A stretch of DNA of 64,000 bases from contig OZ024741.1 of assembly GCA_964016885.1 (NCBI GenBank), positions 116,808,001 to 116,872,000 on the forward strand, given 5' to 3'. The position numbers were made by a program, and so were the translations under genes. Within the stretch, counting starts at the first letter, position 1; every line of letters starts with the position of its first letter. This document shows, in pieces, positions 1 to 13,939 of this stretch. Source of the stretch: Eledone cirrhosa. Lineage: Eukaryota. Below the pieces are notes generated by a model. It was not told the origin of the DNA and did not search any database. It saw nothing but the letters and a program-made list of their open reading frames with translations.

Positions 1-504
1 CTAATTTTCCTATTATTAGTGCTAGCTAAATGAGAACTAATATTAGGGGTGGTAGAGAATGAAAGTTTAATAACATTTTTATTAAAAATACTATGGTATT
101 TATGAGAAGGGGGGAAATTTTTCTCTAAGATGGAGAAGAAAGACCTAGGGATGTTAGATGATACTTCCTGATTATATGGCGGGTTAAAATAAGTATTTAA
201 TCGCCTTCTATTTTTATTCTTACGGACTCTACCATTATCAAATGTCCCGCCATCGAGACTAGGGTTACTACAAGGATTGGTTAAAGCCGCATTCATAGAA
301 TCAGCCAAAATTTCATTAAGTCTATTACAGTTTCTACCTCCAGTAGATCTTCTGCTGCCCGGAATCCCATCAAACGGATTGGGGCCAATGATAGGATCAG
401 TAGGAGCAACATTATCAGAATAAGATCCAGCAAAATTATCACCAATGTGTGAGCGTTCAGGGGGTTCTACTTGTTTCCTAGAGGTATTATATTCACTATT
501 ACGA

Positions 505-505
<1 letters not shown>
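1..505 (-). mobile_element. Penelope-like element (Naiad-type) ORF fragment, RT-to-GIY-YIG linker, running off the window start
   Basis: Open minus frame reads ...KNRRRLNTYFNPPYNQEVSSNIPRSFFSILEKNFPPSHKYHSIFNKNVIKLSFSTTPNISSHLASTNNRKI, matching the FNPPY..V..N....F..L...FP..H....IFN.N.IK.S.S..PN block of PLE linkers. Abuts (TA)n at 506. Confidence 0.8.
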
Positions 506-575
<70 letters not shown>

Positions 576-710
576 AACGAGTAAGACCCCGACGGCTGAG
601 CTCAAGCTGTTTCGACGGCTAATTCTGGACTATTACCCACTCTACTACCCTAAGTATTGAGTACTTTGGTGCGTTATGGTCCACCTGGTTCCTTACCACA
701 TTTCCTTCGT

Positions 711-742
<32 letters not shown>

Positions 743-1367
743 CAGCTATGCCTGAAGCTAAATCCTCGATGATTTAGTGTTAAAGAATAAAAACTGATGA
801 TAAAATAAAATAATATTTTAAAAAATGATGCCCCGGAGGGTGTGTGACCCTAAGCTATAGCTTATTTAGTTTATAGGTAAGTTCAGCACTGATCCTTTGG
901 GATGGATGAGTACGCTGACTCTCACTTTTGGCCCTGGAACATTTTTCTGAAACACCCAGAGAATTGCTTATTGTGGCAGGCTAAACTTAGTGAGGGACTG
1001 GATACTTGGAGAGGAGATGGGCACTTCCAAGCATTTCTAAAACCCATTGAAATGCCATGATGGACTCACAGTCAAACATCTTGGGAGGGGGTCTGGTTGC
1101 ATTTGATTTTATTTTGATTTTAATTTGAATCGTATGACGATGATGATGGTGAAGATGAAGATGATGACGAATGGGGAGCAATGAACCCTTTTCAGGGACC
1201 CTGTGACTGATGGTGGCGGTGGTGGGTGTGGTGGTGATGATAGGGGTAACATATTTTCAGAATGGAAACCTGACCTGAATGTTTTCAACGGAATGGACTA
1301 CACTAAATAACGCACACCAGGGCCATGTGGTGTTGTTAAACTGGGACACGGAGCGTGTAATTATCGT

Positions 1368-1965
1368 ACCTACCTACCTACCTACCTACCTACCTACCTA
1401 CCTACCTACCTACCTACCTACCTACCTACCTACCTACCTACTTACCTACCTACCTACCTACCTACCTACCTACCTTCCAACCTACCTACCTATCTACCTA
1501 CCTGCCTGCCTATCTACCTACCTGCCTGCCTATCTACCTATCTATCTACCTACCTACCAAGCTAGCTAGCTAGCTACCTACTTACCTACCTCTCTATCTA
1601 CCTACTTACATACATACATACATATATACATATCTACCTACCTACCTACCTACCTACCTACCTACCTACCTACCTACCTACCTACCTACCTACCTACCTA
1701 CCTACCTACCTACCTACCTACCTACCTACCAACCTACCTACCTATCTACCTACCTGCCTGCCTATCTACCTACCTGCCTGCCTATCTACCTATCTATCTA
1801 CCTACCTACCAAGCTAGCTAGCTAGCTACCTACTTACCTACCTCTCTATCTACCTACTTACATACATACATACATATATACATATCTACCTACCTACCTA
1901 CCTACCTACCTACCTACCTACCTACCTACCTACCTACCTACCTACCTCTCTACCCACCTACCTAT
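1368..1965. repeat. (CCTA)n microsatellite with an internal ~250 bp duplication
   Basis: Directly visible. The interrupted block ctgcctgcc...gctagctagc...catacata occurs twice. Confidence 0.95.
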
Positions 1966-1989
1966 ATACATACTTGGGCCGAGCAACAG

Positions 1990-2345
1990 CAAAAAAAGAA
2001 TGGATCTCCGTCGGTTTCAATGACAAGTGTTCCAGTTGATCGATCAACGGAGCAGCCTTCTCATGAAATTAATGTATAAGTGACTGAGCATTCTGCAGAC
2101 ACGTGTACCCTGGACGTAACGCTCAAGAAGATTCAATGCGACACAGTGTGACAACGCTAGCCCTTTGAATTACAGGCAGAGTCCATCCGACAGGCATCTA
2201 AGCAGTTTCTGTCGACCCAATTGCAATCAAAAAGCATCAATTGCTTCACAGTTCTGATAAATGACACTTGCCAAGGATGCTACATATTACGATCAAACCC
2301 GGGACCAAATGATTGCGACGCGAATATGTTAACCCTGTGACTATG
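1990..2345 (-). mobile_element. Degenerate tRNA-derived SINE
   Basis: Reverse complement is similar to the SINE copy at ~5490-5790 (agggtacacgtg..., gttgacagaaactg) and has a tRNA-like head. Confidence 0.5.
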
Positions 2346-2549
2346 CTGTATTCATCAACAGAAATAGTGAAATGATCAAAGCTTATATCAAGGGAGCCAA
2401 CTGAGAAAAGTTAAACTAGAGTTGTCTACCTTAAAATGTAGCTTATAATTCGGAAATATTTGCTTAATAATTCTGAATTGGCAGTATCTGTAGAGTGCCG
2501 GACAACATGCTTTGTGGCATAGAGTTACAGCCCTTTATGTTCTGTATTC

Positions 2550-3238
2550 AAGCTGCTCTCACCCGCGCTCGTGAAACCGGCCGTACCACAGCCGTCTCAC
2601 CTCACCAGCGCCCTCCGAACACCTGCCTTCCTTTCCCTATCACTTACCACCCCATCATCTTACCTCTCCGGCGACATATTCTCCGTTTCTTCCGCACCCT
2701 CTCTTCTGACCCTGTCACTTCTTGCTTTTTTCCTAACCCACCTATCCCTGCTTTTAAGACCGCCCGTAATCTCCGCGACCTCCTGGGTACGCTTTCTTTC
2801 TCGTCCTCTCCTACGATACCACCCAGCTCTCATCTTTGTTCTCGTCCCCGCTGTAACACCCGTCCTTTCATTTCTACCCTCACCACTCTCACAGGCACCA
2901 ACAATTCATTCCGTGTCCGCCACCCCTTCACCTGCACCTCCACCCATGTTGTCCATGCCACCCGGTGTTCCCTTTGCGGGTCCTTATACATCGGACAAAC
3001 GGGACGCCCTTTGGTGGACCGTTTTGCTGAATATTTGAGAGACATACGACTCAGTATGGATACTCCCATCGTCTGTTATTTCCATTCCCCAGATCACTCT
3101 TCCTTACATGTCTCAGTCCTTGGTGTCCTTTTACATCACGGATCACAGGCTACACGCACCAGGACTGAACAGAGCCTGATTTACCACATTGGATCCTGTT
3201 TCCCTCATAGACTCAACTCCTCTCCCCAATTTCTTTAA
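2550..3238 (+). mobile_element. Penelope-like element C-terminal fragment with GIY-YIG endonuclease
   Basis: PITYHP...FKTARNLRDLL...CSRPRCNT...FTCTSTHVV...CSLCGSLYIGQTGRPLVDRFAEY...EQSLIYHIGSCFPHRLN: typical PLE Zn-finger linker plus GIY-YIG domain. Confidence 0.9.
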
Positions 3239-3491
3239 TATTACACATACACGTTCGTGCTTACTTCTGTATCCTTTGCCTCCGTCCCGTTTACCCCGTC
3301 CGTTATCACGCACTTGCTTGTATATTCACTCCTAGATTCCTATGGCTTTCTTATAGTCAGAAATATATACTCTTACAGCTGATACAAACCAACTAAATAC
3401 GCACACACACCTCTACTTCCCTCTTCACAGCGCTGTACATACACACACACACTTATATTACCATACTTTTGCTCACAGCTTCGCACTTACA

Positions 3492-3539
<48 letters not shown>

Positions 3540-3769
3540 TTTACTCACTTATACACACACATATCCTCCTAGCTTCGTACAGACGTATAATAACACACAC
3601 ACAGACACACACGCCACGCGCGCACACACACATATAGCTCTATATACAAAAGTTTTTTTTTACAATTTCAGATAGACGCGTTCCATCATCCACTTTTCTA
3701 AAAAAGTATATCATACACAAAACGCCAGCCTCACCAAGAGATGGCAACATGAATGGATCTATTATTTTT

Positions 3770-3950
3770 ATCTAAAGACATTATTTTCCGATTCCGCCCC
3801 TTCAATCTTTCTAATTTCTCATTCTTTCTTTTGATGAAAGACTAGCGTCCGAAACATCAAAACTCTCTTCCTGCTATTTCAAGCGTTAAACAAATATATT
3901 CCTTCCATATACTGTATCGATTGTGTTATTATTTCTGCATACCTTTTACA
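3770..3950 (+). mobile_element. PLE terminal-repeat-like segment with a degenerate hammerhead (3827-3862)
   Basis: Homologous to 47941-48130 (+) and 56365-56548 (-). Core reads TTGATGA-a-aga ctagcg tcc-GAAAC-ATC. Lies downstream of the GIY-YIG fragment. Confidence 0.65.
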
Positions 3951-4016
3951 CACACACACACACACACACGCACACACGCGCGGCGCGCTCGCACAAACAC
4001 ACACACGAGTATTCAA

Positions 4017-4242
4017 ACTATACGGCCATATAAAAAGATCAACTCGTGGTGTGAGTAGGTTATGCCTAGAAGGAAGCTTAGCTGGTAAGAGAAGCAAAGG
4101 CCGGCAGCCAGAGCGATGGCTTGACAATGTCAACTTATGGACTGGACTTGATCTTTGCTCTTTGAACTCTGCTGCTGGTGATCGAACTTTGTGGAGAGAG
4201 ATATCACATGTTAGTGCGCAGTCTGCAACTGGCGGAGTTTAG
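4017..4242 (+). mobile_element. RTE-clade LINE 3' end fragment
   Basis: YGHIKRS...LCLEGSLAGKRSKGRQPERWLDNVNLWTG...AAGDRTLWREI, the conserved RTE C-terminus. Confidence 0.8.
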
Positions 4243-4639
4243 CGTCACAAGAGATATAATTGGCCGTAGCACTAAGGCATCGTTTAAGCATAATAGCGGT
4301 GTATATGAAAACATATATAAACATTTTCCTCGTTGCTGAAGTAAAATTGTTTTCATAACGAAAACATTTTCTTTTTCTTTATTTTCCTCTGTATATATTA
4401 TAGATTTGCCAGTATATTTTGAAAATGTCGGACAGCGCTGTTTCAAGATTTGTTAATTCTTTAACAGCGACGCTCATTCGACCTGTACTGGCACGGAATA
4501 AATTATATGTTTTGTAGTTTTACTTGTCTGGTGACTTGATCTGAGACTACATGAAGAAACTAGAATAATTACTACGCGGAAGAAACATTTTAGCCATTTA
4601 AAAACACATATAGTGTTAGGTTCTTATTAATTATAGACA

Positions 4640-4890
4640 TGCTTTCCAGCATAGTTATGTCCCTTTACGATCTGAGTTCAAATCTCGCTGAGGTTAACTT
4701 TGCCTTTCATCCTTACGGAGTCGATAAAATAAAGTACCAGTAATACACTGGGATAATTGCTGGCCTTGTACCAAAGTAGAAAGAATTATTATTTCGAGGT
4801 TAACTTTGCCTTTCATCCTTACGGGGTCGATAAAATAAAGTACCAGTAATACACTGGATAATTGCTGGCTTTGTGCCAAAAGAAGAAACA
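4640..4890 (+). mobile_element. SINE with Meta-domain-like core, core duplicated
   Basis: gttaactttgcctttcatccttacggggtcgataaaataaagtaccagt occurs twice. Same core recurs at ~5160-5320(-), 9360-9560(+), 9860-10010(-), 11210-11350(-), 12780-12900(+), 37060-37160(-), 40050-40470(-, two copies), 50505-50690(-) and 53260-53450(-). Confidence 0.75.
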
Positions 4891-7811
4891 ATTAATGATA
4901 GAAATAGAAAGAATGTAGTAATTCTGATGATAAATCTCAACAATATGGCCGATGGAAAATACCTCAGGGGAGCTTCCTCTATGCTAAATAAACAGTCGTT
5001 CATGCTATTGGCCTGCAATTCCTAATAGGGACGGGTAATGATATATGTGGTAGCGTCGTGGACATTTAAACCTGGCAGAGCCCACACACTTCCAGTTATG
5101 AAAATAACCGATTTCTTCCCGAGGAAGAGAGATGTAGTAGGATAGAGATAAGAAGAAGACTCGACTCCTAGTATTTCACTGGTACTTTATTTATCAACAT
5201 TGAAAAAATGAATGGCAAAGTTCATCACAGAGAGTTTTGAAATCTGAGAATAATCAGCCGGAACGAATACCGCAAAACATTTTTCCCGACATTCTAACGA
5301 CTCTGCCAAGTCACTGCCTTTGTGGAGTCTCACATATTTAATATGAGTCGAAAAATTGATAAACTGAGATTAAACAACAACAAAAACAAAAAACTCAAAC
5401 AAGAATGTTTAAAATTCTGTTAAGTAAAAATAACAAAAACAACAACACAAGGGAGATAACTCCCAAAGACTATTACATTTGGACGTGGGCATTGCTAAGA
5501 AATTCGTTTCGCAATCATGGGGTTCTGTTATCGATCCTTAGGCATTGCATTTTGGGAAAGTGGCTTTAGCCTCACGTCAACCCATACCTTGTAAATGAAA
5601 TTGGGTTGACAGAAACTGAGTGAAAATTCGTCGAATTCAAACGTCACACTGATTCAACTTTCGAATTTATGTTAAGGGTACACGTGCCTGTAGAAAACTT
5701 AGCCCCTTCAATGTTAATTCAACTGTCGAACCTTCATTTGATCAACAAATTTACTGCTCGTCGTCAAACACTGACGGAGAATCCATGTTTCTAGTTATTT
5801 TTAAGTATACAGTTATGTCCCTTTCCGTTTTAAATTCAAATTGTACCAAGTGTCGACTTGCCTTTTGTTCTTACCAATCAAGTGATGAGACGATTTAGTC
5901 TACTGTTTCTCATCGTTTGAAATTTATGTCCCTGTGCTTTTGTTGGGAATCAGTACCTAAATTTATTCCCATGAAGGTGGCGAATTAGCAGAGTTATTAG
6001 GGCGATGGACTAAACATGCCTCGGTATTTGTTCCGGCTCATTTCGCACCCCCTTCTCTCTCTCACTTTCTCTGGAAGAACATGGTTGGGTACAAATTTAG
6101 AGAGTGGTGGGTTCCACCAAGTTTCAATGCCCAAGTTACACACAGTATGTCACTACGGCTCCCCTCGACTTTCTCTTTCTGGAGAGGGATGGGTTTCGCC
6201 AGGTTTAAAATGCCTAAGATATACCATGTGTTAGGACGCCGCCCATATGACCCCACGAGGGCCCGTAATTCCTTCTTGAAAAATATTCATTCATATAACG
6301 CATCTTAGATGTGAAAAAATAAGACACTAAGAAGGGGAGCAAAAAAAAATAATAATAATAAAATAAAAAAATAATCAATCAGAATGTTATTTATGTATAT
6401 ATTTAAAACTTAATAAAATGGAAAGGTTTGAATAAAATCAATCAGTTAAAACCTTTCATTTTTTAAATATGTTTATTATTTTTAATGTTTATAATATTCG
6501 GGGAAGGATTCAGGGAAACGTCTTTATAATTTGAAAACAATAAATACATATTTATATTTTACTTATCAACAGGTAGCTAGTGCTAATTTAAGATTGATAG
6601 CAGAGCCGGAAACTAAAATAATCACGTAAGCGACAGAAACATTACTTTTAAATCGTAGAATAGCAAAAACATAAATGTGAAACAGTTGAACATGTTGAGC
6701 AAATATTTACATTTATTTTGTATATTTGAGAATGTAAATTATTCCGAACTCTATATAATCGACTTGAAAAAAACAACAGACTAAAGTTTTTCGACAGTTT
6801 ATCATAAACAACCTTCAGGGTGGTATTTCTCTCCTAATATGAGTGCCGCCAGATATCTATTTATATGCTCAAGAAAACGATTGTGTTTAAAAACGTATAT
6901 ACTCTGTGTAGCTGTCCTTATTATATACTTAATAGTTTCATCTTCTTACTTCAAATTACCTCCGGTAAGGGAATACAAATATTTTTCCCCCGCTTCTTAT
7001 GCGATTGTTTACTAAACTTTTTAAAACATTCTCGAGTTATTAACGCTTTATCTTGCGCGCGCTCACACACGTGTATTAAAGTTACTAGATACAAACTAGT
7101 GTTTCATTTAATTCATTTAAGCCTATTTCTTTATATGTTTATGGAATTATTTATCTTTACATGTTTATCAACTTTATCTTTTCACTGCTTCGCTCTGTCT
7201 GCCTGTTTTTTCTTGTGTGCGTGCGTGTTTATAATTAAAACCTATTAATCCCCCCCCCCCCCCCCCCCCCTCATACTCTGCCTACCATGGACGTATTGTG
7301 GTCGAATGGTTGTTAAGAAGTTCGTTTCGCAATCATTAGGTCTCGAGTTCAAAGCATCTTAGGCAAGTTTAATTTATGATAAACCTCGGATCGACCTATG
7401 CCAAGCTGCAGAAATGTTGTTTTCGTACGTAAATATATTTTATTGGGATCTCAAGTGTATAAATATAGTTTGTTTACATTAATTACATTTTCATGAGGGT
7501 ACCTGGCTATTCCAGCAATTTGGTATCTCTCGTGGTAATGCCGTGTGTCCTGGCTTGCATCAAAAAGTTTTAGAGAACAACATCAGCATTCCCTGTTGTG
7601 TTTAATTGCGTGTGTATGTCTCCATTCTTTTTTCTTCTATAGGACTACCATAACCCCTTTTACATAGTCTGTGCCTAGCTTTAAAACTTACTTTCAAACT
7701 TGCGTCGTGAATATTACAGAATAAAAAAAATCAAATATATTCAAAACGGCGTCTTTCTTACGGCAGGCAGGCAGGTTTTGTTGGCCACGCTGAGGCTCAT
7801 ATCTTTGCCTA

Positions 7812-8210
7812 ATACACTGGCCCTATCTCCGAGCTATATGGCTATTATATCGATGCCTGCATCGGCACCCCTCACTCTCCCAGAATAGCTCGACTCCTAT
7901 CTGTCTTTCCTCTGCCTTTTCCACTCCTCCCTCGATTTCACTACCTTCATCTCCACCACCACCGTCCACTTACTGGATATCTCTGTCTCCATTGACCCCT
8001 CCCATTGTTCCCTCATCACCTATGTCTTCTTCAAGTCCACTGACACCCACTCCTACCTTAGCTTCACCTCATCCTACTCTACTCATACTAAACACTACTT
8101 CTCTCAATTCCTCCACTTCCGCTGTCTGTGCTATCAAACCCATGATTTCAAAATACAGGCTTATTGCACGACTAGACTCGTAGCTAGGTGAGGTTACCCT
8201 TCACCCTAGG
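7812..8210 (+). mobile_element. Degenerate Penelope-like RT fragment
   Basis: Frameshifted YTGPISELYGYYIDACIGT...SSLDFTTFIS...LLDISVSI...FKSTDTHSYLSFTSS...SQFLHFRCLC, corresponding to the PLE RYIDD / FLD / KPTD.H.YL / SQFLR blocks. Confidence 0.75.
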
Positions 8211-8234
8211 CCGTGAAATCAAACACATCACTGA

Positions 8235-8700
8235 CAAGACTGAAAAGACTAAAGCTTACTACCTGAAGCGAAGACAGTAGAGATATGCAGTGATATATGT
8301 ATGGAAGATCCTGGATGGGTTAGCACCAAACTTCGGCATTGAAGGCAAGACCAGCCCATGAACAGGACACCACTGTGTAGTGCGAAAAGTCACATCGATT
8401 GCATCACGAATAAGGATCACATATTGCAATAGCCTGGGGTTCAAGGTATCCCAGCTTTTTAATAAGCTGCCAAAAAAATCTGAGAGATCTACATGGTGTG
8501 CATGTAGATGTTTTCAAGAGACATCTTGACATTCTACTGATGAACCCACAGCTTGAGGTGAAGCGTAAATAAGGCCGGCAGTAACAAACTCCTTTTTGCA
8601 TCATTGGGCAACCAGGGAAGGCTGGTTATAGAAATTGTAGCATCAATGGCAGTGCCCCAGCATGGCTTCTGCCTGTTGGCTAAAACATGTAATAGAGTAA
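8235..8700 (+). mobile_element. CR1-like LINE 3' end fragment
   Basis: RYAVIYVWKILDGLAPNFGI...NSLGFKVSQLFNKLPKNLRDLHGVHVDVFKRHLD..DEP across frameshifts, followed by a short 3' UTR. Confidence 0.7.
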
Positions 8701-9255
8701 TATATAGATGTAGGAGGCTCAAGTGAAGAAAATAGCAACAATTAAACACACGCATACACACATACCAAAATATATACACACTTCAATAACATTCTCAAAT
8801 ATTGCTTGTACAGGTAATCAAAGTGTGTATACATTTTTTTTAGGACACCCTGTATATATAAGAGTGAGAAATAATCTATTTAGACGCAAACACAGAGTTT
8901 ATTAAATAGTTATCATTTTTCATTCTTTTTCTTTTGTTTCCAATTCAGCTGATGCAGTTTTATATGTGTAAGCCCTTACTGTAGCACATTAAACAATACA
9001 CGTTAACCCTTTAGCATTTACATTACTCTGTATATACTTTTGTATTTTCAAGGTAAAGGCTTTACCTCACATAATATCAAATCTATGAGATTTTCATATT
9101 TATTTTGAGAACAATACCTTAAAATCAGCATGAGTGGCCGATTACAGCTAGTTTGAAGAGAAAGAGGTGAGAGATTTCTAGCCAGATGTGGCTGGTTTAA
9201 ATGCTAAAGGGTTAAACAGTCTTTTACCAATTTATCTCTTTGTTTTCTTGTCTAG

Positions 9256-9320
9256 ATTCTACCATCAGAAAAAGAATTGGATGGCAAATCATCATTGGAA
9301 CTTGAAGAAATTTACCATGA
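9256..9320 (+). CDS. METTL24: METTL24-like methyltransferase, internal coding exon A (ILPSEKELDGKSSLELEEIYH[E])
   Basis: Pyrimidine tract plus tctAG acceptor, GTaata donor, 65 nt phase 0 to 2. Joins in frame (GA|A = Glu) to the next exon. Confidence 0.7.
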
Positions 9321-10460
9321 GTAATATACTTTGATTTTTCCATTATAATATCTAAAGGATGGTGGATTGGCAGTATCCATAAAGCATTGGACAAACATGC
9401 TTTGTGGAATATATGTTCTGAGTTCAAATGCACTGAAGTTAGCTTTGCCTTTCATCCTTACAGGGTTGATAAAATAAAGTACCAGTAACACACTGAGGTT
9501 GATTTAATTGATTCTCTCCTCCCCTAAAATTGTTGGCTTTGTTTCTAAATCAGAAACCATATTAACATCTAATGAAATATGCTGCTTATGTGTTTTAACT
9601 AATTTTGAAAATAACAAAACAAATTGGAAGAATTTTATAAAATAACTAAGTTTATCATTAGTAAGCTAATATTTAGCACATTGTATATATGGACTTGTAA
9701 CTCTTGATTAAGTCATGGAGATGCTGTCATGACATATATTGGGCATTTTAAACCTGACAGAGTCCATCTTCTCTCCATATTTGAAAATAGCTGATTTCTT
9801 TCAGAGAAGGAGAGAGGTAGAGAGGGAGAAGGTGAAGTAAGAAAGAGATATAGAGAAGAAATCAACCTCAGTATTGGTCTGGTACTTTTTTTTACTGACC
9901 TCTAAAAGATGACAGGCAAATTTGACCGTGGCAGGATTTGAGCACAGAGAGTCAGAATGAATATTGCAGAACCTTCTATCTAATGTTCTAATGACTCTGC
10001 CAATTTGCTGCCTATTTAGAACATTATCTAATAAAATTGTTTAAAATAAAATTATGAGGGAATGTTTTAATATAAGGGTAAATATTTTAAAATGAGCAGT
10101 TTTGTAATCCAAGGCAGTGCAATTTTGGTATCAAAAAGGTTTATTCTACATATTTTATGTCTACATATTCTACATTAGGTATTTTGTTGACTAGTATTAA
10201 GAACCCTTTGATTGTATTCCTTAACTGATTTATTCCACTTGCTAGTTTTCATGTATTTTCAAGCTAATTATCTGAAGAGAAGCATGAACACCATCAGTCA
10301 TTCCATTAATCCATTTATTTTGTTTTGCATAATTTTAACCCCTTTGATACTGTATTTACTATATTTCTAATGAAAGACACTGCTTATGGTGTTAACAATA
10401 ATCAAGAATTTGGAGGGATTTACTAATATAATTAACTTTCTGATTATTTAGCTGGTATTG

Positions 10461-10580
10461 GCACATGGCTTAGTGGTTAGAGAATTGGATTTGCAATTAT
10501 GAAGTTGCGAGTTGGATTCCCAGACCAGGCAATGTGTTATGTCCTTGAGCAAGACACTTTATTTCACATTGCTCTTTCTG
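10461..10580 (+). mobile_element. tRNA-derived SINE head
   Basis: ggcacatggcttagtggttagag (A box)...gagttggattcc (B-box-like)...gtccttgagcaagacacttt. Relatives at 15340-15655(-) and 20990-21180(+). Confidence 0.7.
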
Positions 10581-11459
10581 CCAGATGTGACCAGTAGAAA
10601 CTATCACCAATGGAAACATTGTTTCCTTAGTCCAATTGGCTGAGTCCTACCCTATTTGGTAAGTGAATAAAGTCTGGGATCTTGTCGAAAATTCTCATTA
10701 CTTTGTTTGCTGTATTTCTAATGAAAGACACTACTTATGGTTTTGAAAATAATCAAGAATTTGGAGGGATTTAGTAATATAACAAATTTTTTCATTATTA
10801 AGCTGGTATTTAAGGGCAGTATTGGTAGAGCATTGGACAAAATACTTTGCTGCATTTAGTTACAGCCCTTTACATTCATGGTTATATTTAGTAATATAAC
10901 TAATTTTCTGATTAGTCAAAAAGAGAAGTGCTGTGCTTATGACTCTATATTTAATCAGGAAAAGAAGGGCAGCATCTATAACCCTTTATTTGGCCAGGGA
11001 GGGAAGGGTAGGTCTCACGAGCCTTTATTTTTCAGAACCTTGGAGACTGGTGGGAGGAAGGGAGGAAGTTATTTTTGAACTGGAGACCTGGTCAAAATGC
11101 TTACAACAGTGGGAACTCCTGTTAAAGGCACCCAAGAGACAGGCATTGGTATTAAACCAAGCAAATTAAATAAAGTTCTCATAGAGTGGAGTAAATAATT
11201 GTTTCTGAATTAGGCACAATTCAGAATTGAATAATTCAACTCCAGTGCATTACTGGTACTTTATTTTATCAACCCCCGTAAGGATGAAAGGCAAAGTTCA
11301 CTTTGGCAAGAATTGAACTCAGAATGTAAATGACTGGAAGAAACACTGATAATGCTATTTTGATTGTCAGTTGTTGTCATTAATGTCGTCAAAATTCTCT
11401 TTAAGTGTGATTGTTGTATTGTAAGACATTAATCATCTATTTGTTGACTATTGTTGCAG

Positions 11460-11588
11460 ATTTATCGATGTTGTTCAGTACAAGTGCCATAAGATAACAC
11501 GTGTTGGATCATCAGGAGATGGAGGATGGAATATTTGTTTGGATAAAGGATATTTTCCCATAATTCCTTGTTTGGTATATTCATTCGG
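11460..11588 (+). CDS. METTL24: METTL24-like methyltransferase, exon B (FIDVVQYKCHKITRVGSSGDGGWNICLDKGYFPIIPCLVYSFG)
   Basis: ttgcAG acceptor, GTgagt donor, 129 nt phase 2 to 2. Carries the diagnostic Methyltransf_22 C....R.G...DGGW..C and C.VYSFG motifs. Confidence 0.92.
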
Positions 11589-11674
11589 GTGAGTTAACAA
11601 TATTTAGTAAAGCTCTATTTCATGATTCATTTTCAAACTTAGGAATACTTTTCAATTCTTCTATTTTAAATTTT

Positions 11675-12150
11675 CCTACAGTAAACCATTCTCTACAGTT
11701 AACATTTCCTATAGTTAACCAAGTCTTCCTACAGTTAAACCTTCCTACAGTTAGTCCTCCCTACAGTTAACCCTCCCCTATAGTGAACCCTCCATACAGT
11801 TAACCCTTCCTACAGGCAACCCCTCCTACAGTTAACTCTTTCTATAATTAACCCTGCCTACAGTTAACCCTTCCTACAGTTAATCCTCCCCTATAGTTAA
11901 CCCTCCCTGTTAACCCTCCCCTATTGTTAATCCTCTCCAATAGGTAACCCTTCCTACAGTTAACCCTTCCTGCAGATAACCTCTTTCTACAGATAACCCC
12001 TCTCTACAATTAACCCCTCTCTACAATTAACCCTCCCTACTGTTAACCTTCCCTACTGTTAGCCTTCTGTATAGTTAAATCTTCCTATATTTAACCCTTT
12101 CTCCTGTTAGCCCTCCCTATAACTAATCCTTCCTATAACGCTTCTATAAG
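11675..12150. repeat. Intronic ~19-20 bp minisatellite (ctacagttaaccctccc)n
   Basis: More than 20 diverged tandem units visible. Confidence 0.9.
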
Positions 12151-13159
12151 AATGGAAATTATATAATGTGGTGAGCTAAACTGTAGTCAACCAAATTTCA
12201 GTGACAATGATGTTGAAGATAAGAAACTGGATTAACAACCAAGAGTTTAGCAGTTCATATATCACTAACACTACATTTTGTCTGTAGTCAAAATACTTCA
12301 CCCTTAAAATGACACATTCTGCCTTGCTGTAAATAAAAAAAATTTATAAACAAATTTTATTTCCATAAATATTTCGCATAATAAACAAAAATAGTGATAA
12401 CAATAATTAAACAATGCAAAAAAAAGAAATAGTAGGCTAAAGGAAGGAACAGATTCTACACTCCTATCTAGGATTTGTATCTCAGCTGCCCCCTGCCTAT
12501 CTTTTGGACAAGGTGGCGAAAACATTGTCACAGAGAACAGCCAGCAACACCCACTGCATCAGCCATCTACCTCACAGGGCATTTTTCCCAGTTTTATGGA
12601 GGCAAATTGTAGTCTGGGGACTGAGGAGACTGGAGGCCTTGATGCAATCAGAATGAAAATGAAGTAGTTGAGGAAGTTTTGGTACTTTTTCTCTGTATTA
12701 CTATTGGCAGTGTACAAGTTGGTGGCTGATGAGACAAGGCTGGAGGGAGAGAACATAAATTATTACTACAGAATAGGAGGGCGGTGGATTGGCAGTATGG
12801 GTAGCATGCTTCCTGGCATAGAGTTATGGCCCATTAAGTTCTGATTTCAAATCCTGCCAAGATTAACTTTGCCTTTCTTCCTTACAGGATTGGTCTACAG
12901 AATAAGAACAGTTAATTTCAGTTATATGCTGAATCACATTAATATTCCTTGCAGCGACAGTCTCGATAGAATAAGCTTTAGCTTAGTTTCAACCAGTTGT
13001 CTCTGCATGTATAAGCATCATCATCATCATCATCTTTGTACTAAATCTGTTTTCCATGCTGACATGGGTTGGATGGGTTGCCACGTTCTGAGATTGGACA
13101 GGTCAGATAACTATGTCTTATATGTTCCATTTTGGTATGAATTCTTGCACTTAATTCAG

Positions 13160-13275
13160 CCTCCTGCCTTCTATCACTCGTGAACACAGTCCCGAGATAC
13201 TTAAACTTTTCTACCTGTTTCAGTGGAACTTCATTTACATGTACAGTGCACTGTGCAGGCTTCCTTGAGAGCACT
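13160..13275 (-). mobile_element. RTE LINE RT fragment
   Basis: VHVNEVPLKQVEKFKYLGTVFTSD...ELSARI. Confidence 0.7.
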
Positions 13276-13493
13276 TCTCCTTGTCCTCCTCCTTTTTCAA
13301 TCTTTTCTATATTTCATCTGCCTGTCACTTGCCTTGTGTATTGTCTCTCTGTTGACCACTAGCTACTGGTCTCTGTCCTATGAGGCATTTTTGCCCATCA
13401 CTGTCTTTGACAGCTTTTAGCTGCTTTAACAGCTGTTCTAGCGATGTTTTCTCATTTATATATATATACAATAATTTTTTTTTTTTTTAACAG

Positions 13494-13568
13494 GGTTGGT
13501 TTTGATTCTAGTTTTGATGTTGACATGAAAAAAGTCTTTGGTTGTGAAGTACATTCTTTTGATCCATT
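13494..13568 (+). CDS. METTL24: METTL24-like methyltransferase, exon C (VGFDSSFDVDMKKVFGCEVHSFDP[F])
   Basis: Poly-T plus aacAG acceptor, GTaagt donor, 75 nt phase 2 to 2. SFD......GCEVHSFDP is the family motif. Confidence 0.92.
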
Positions 13569-13939
13569 GTAAGTAACTACTTGTGTTGTAGTGTAGCTGT
13601 CACTGTTAGTAGTAGCATCAATAGTAGTATTATATTTGCCGTAGTAGTAGCAACAGCAGTAGCAGAATCAATAGTAGTTGTGTAGTTGTTGTATTTGTAG
13701 TAGTAGTAGTAGTATTGTATTAGTATAATTTAACAAAATGTTCTTACATAAAATTTATGATTGAAAGCTTGAATATAAATATTAACACTTTGAAACAAAT
13801 GACTTTGTATTGTAGAAACGGGTGATTCCAGGCAGTTTTACTGTCAAAAGGTTTAGTTGAATAAACAGCTGTCTTTACTTGAATATATATATATGTGTAT
13901 CACATTATATATCTCTATCTTTATCTTGGGTAAAATTCC

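Noticed and set aside
8949-8967. Candidate micro-exon upstream of METTL24-like exon A (good acceptor, GTaagc)
   Set aside because: In the phase needed to join exon A it contains TGA. The alternative 17 nt version needs a weak GTgtaa donor.
10461-10530. tRNA gene
   Set aside because: Only A/B-box-like SINE heads that continue into SINE body sequence, with no full cloverleaf.
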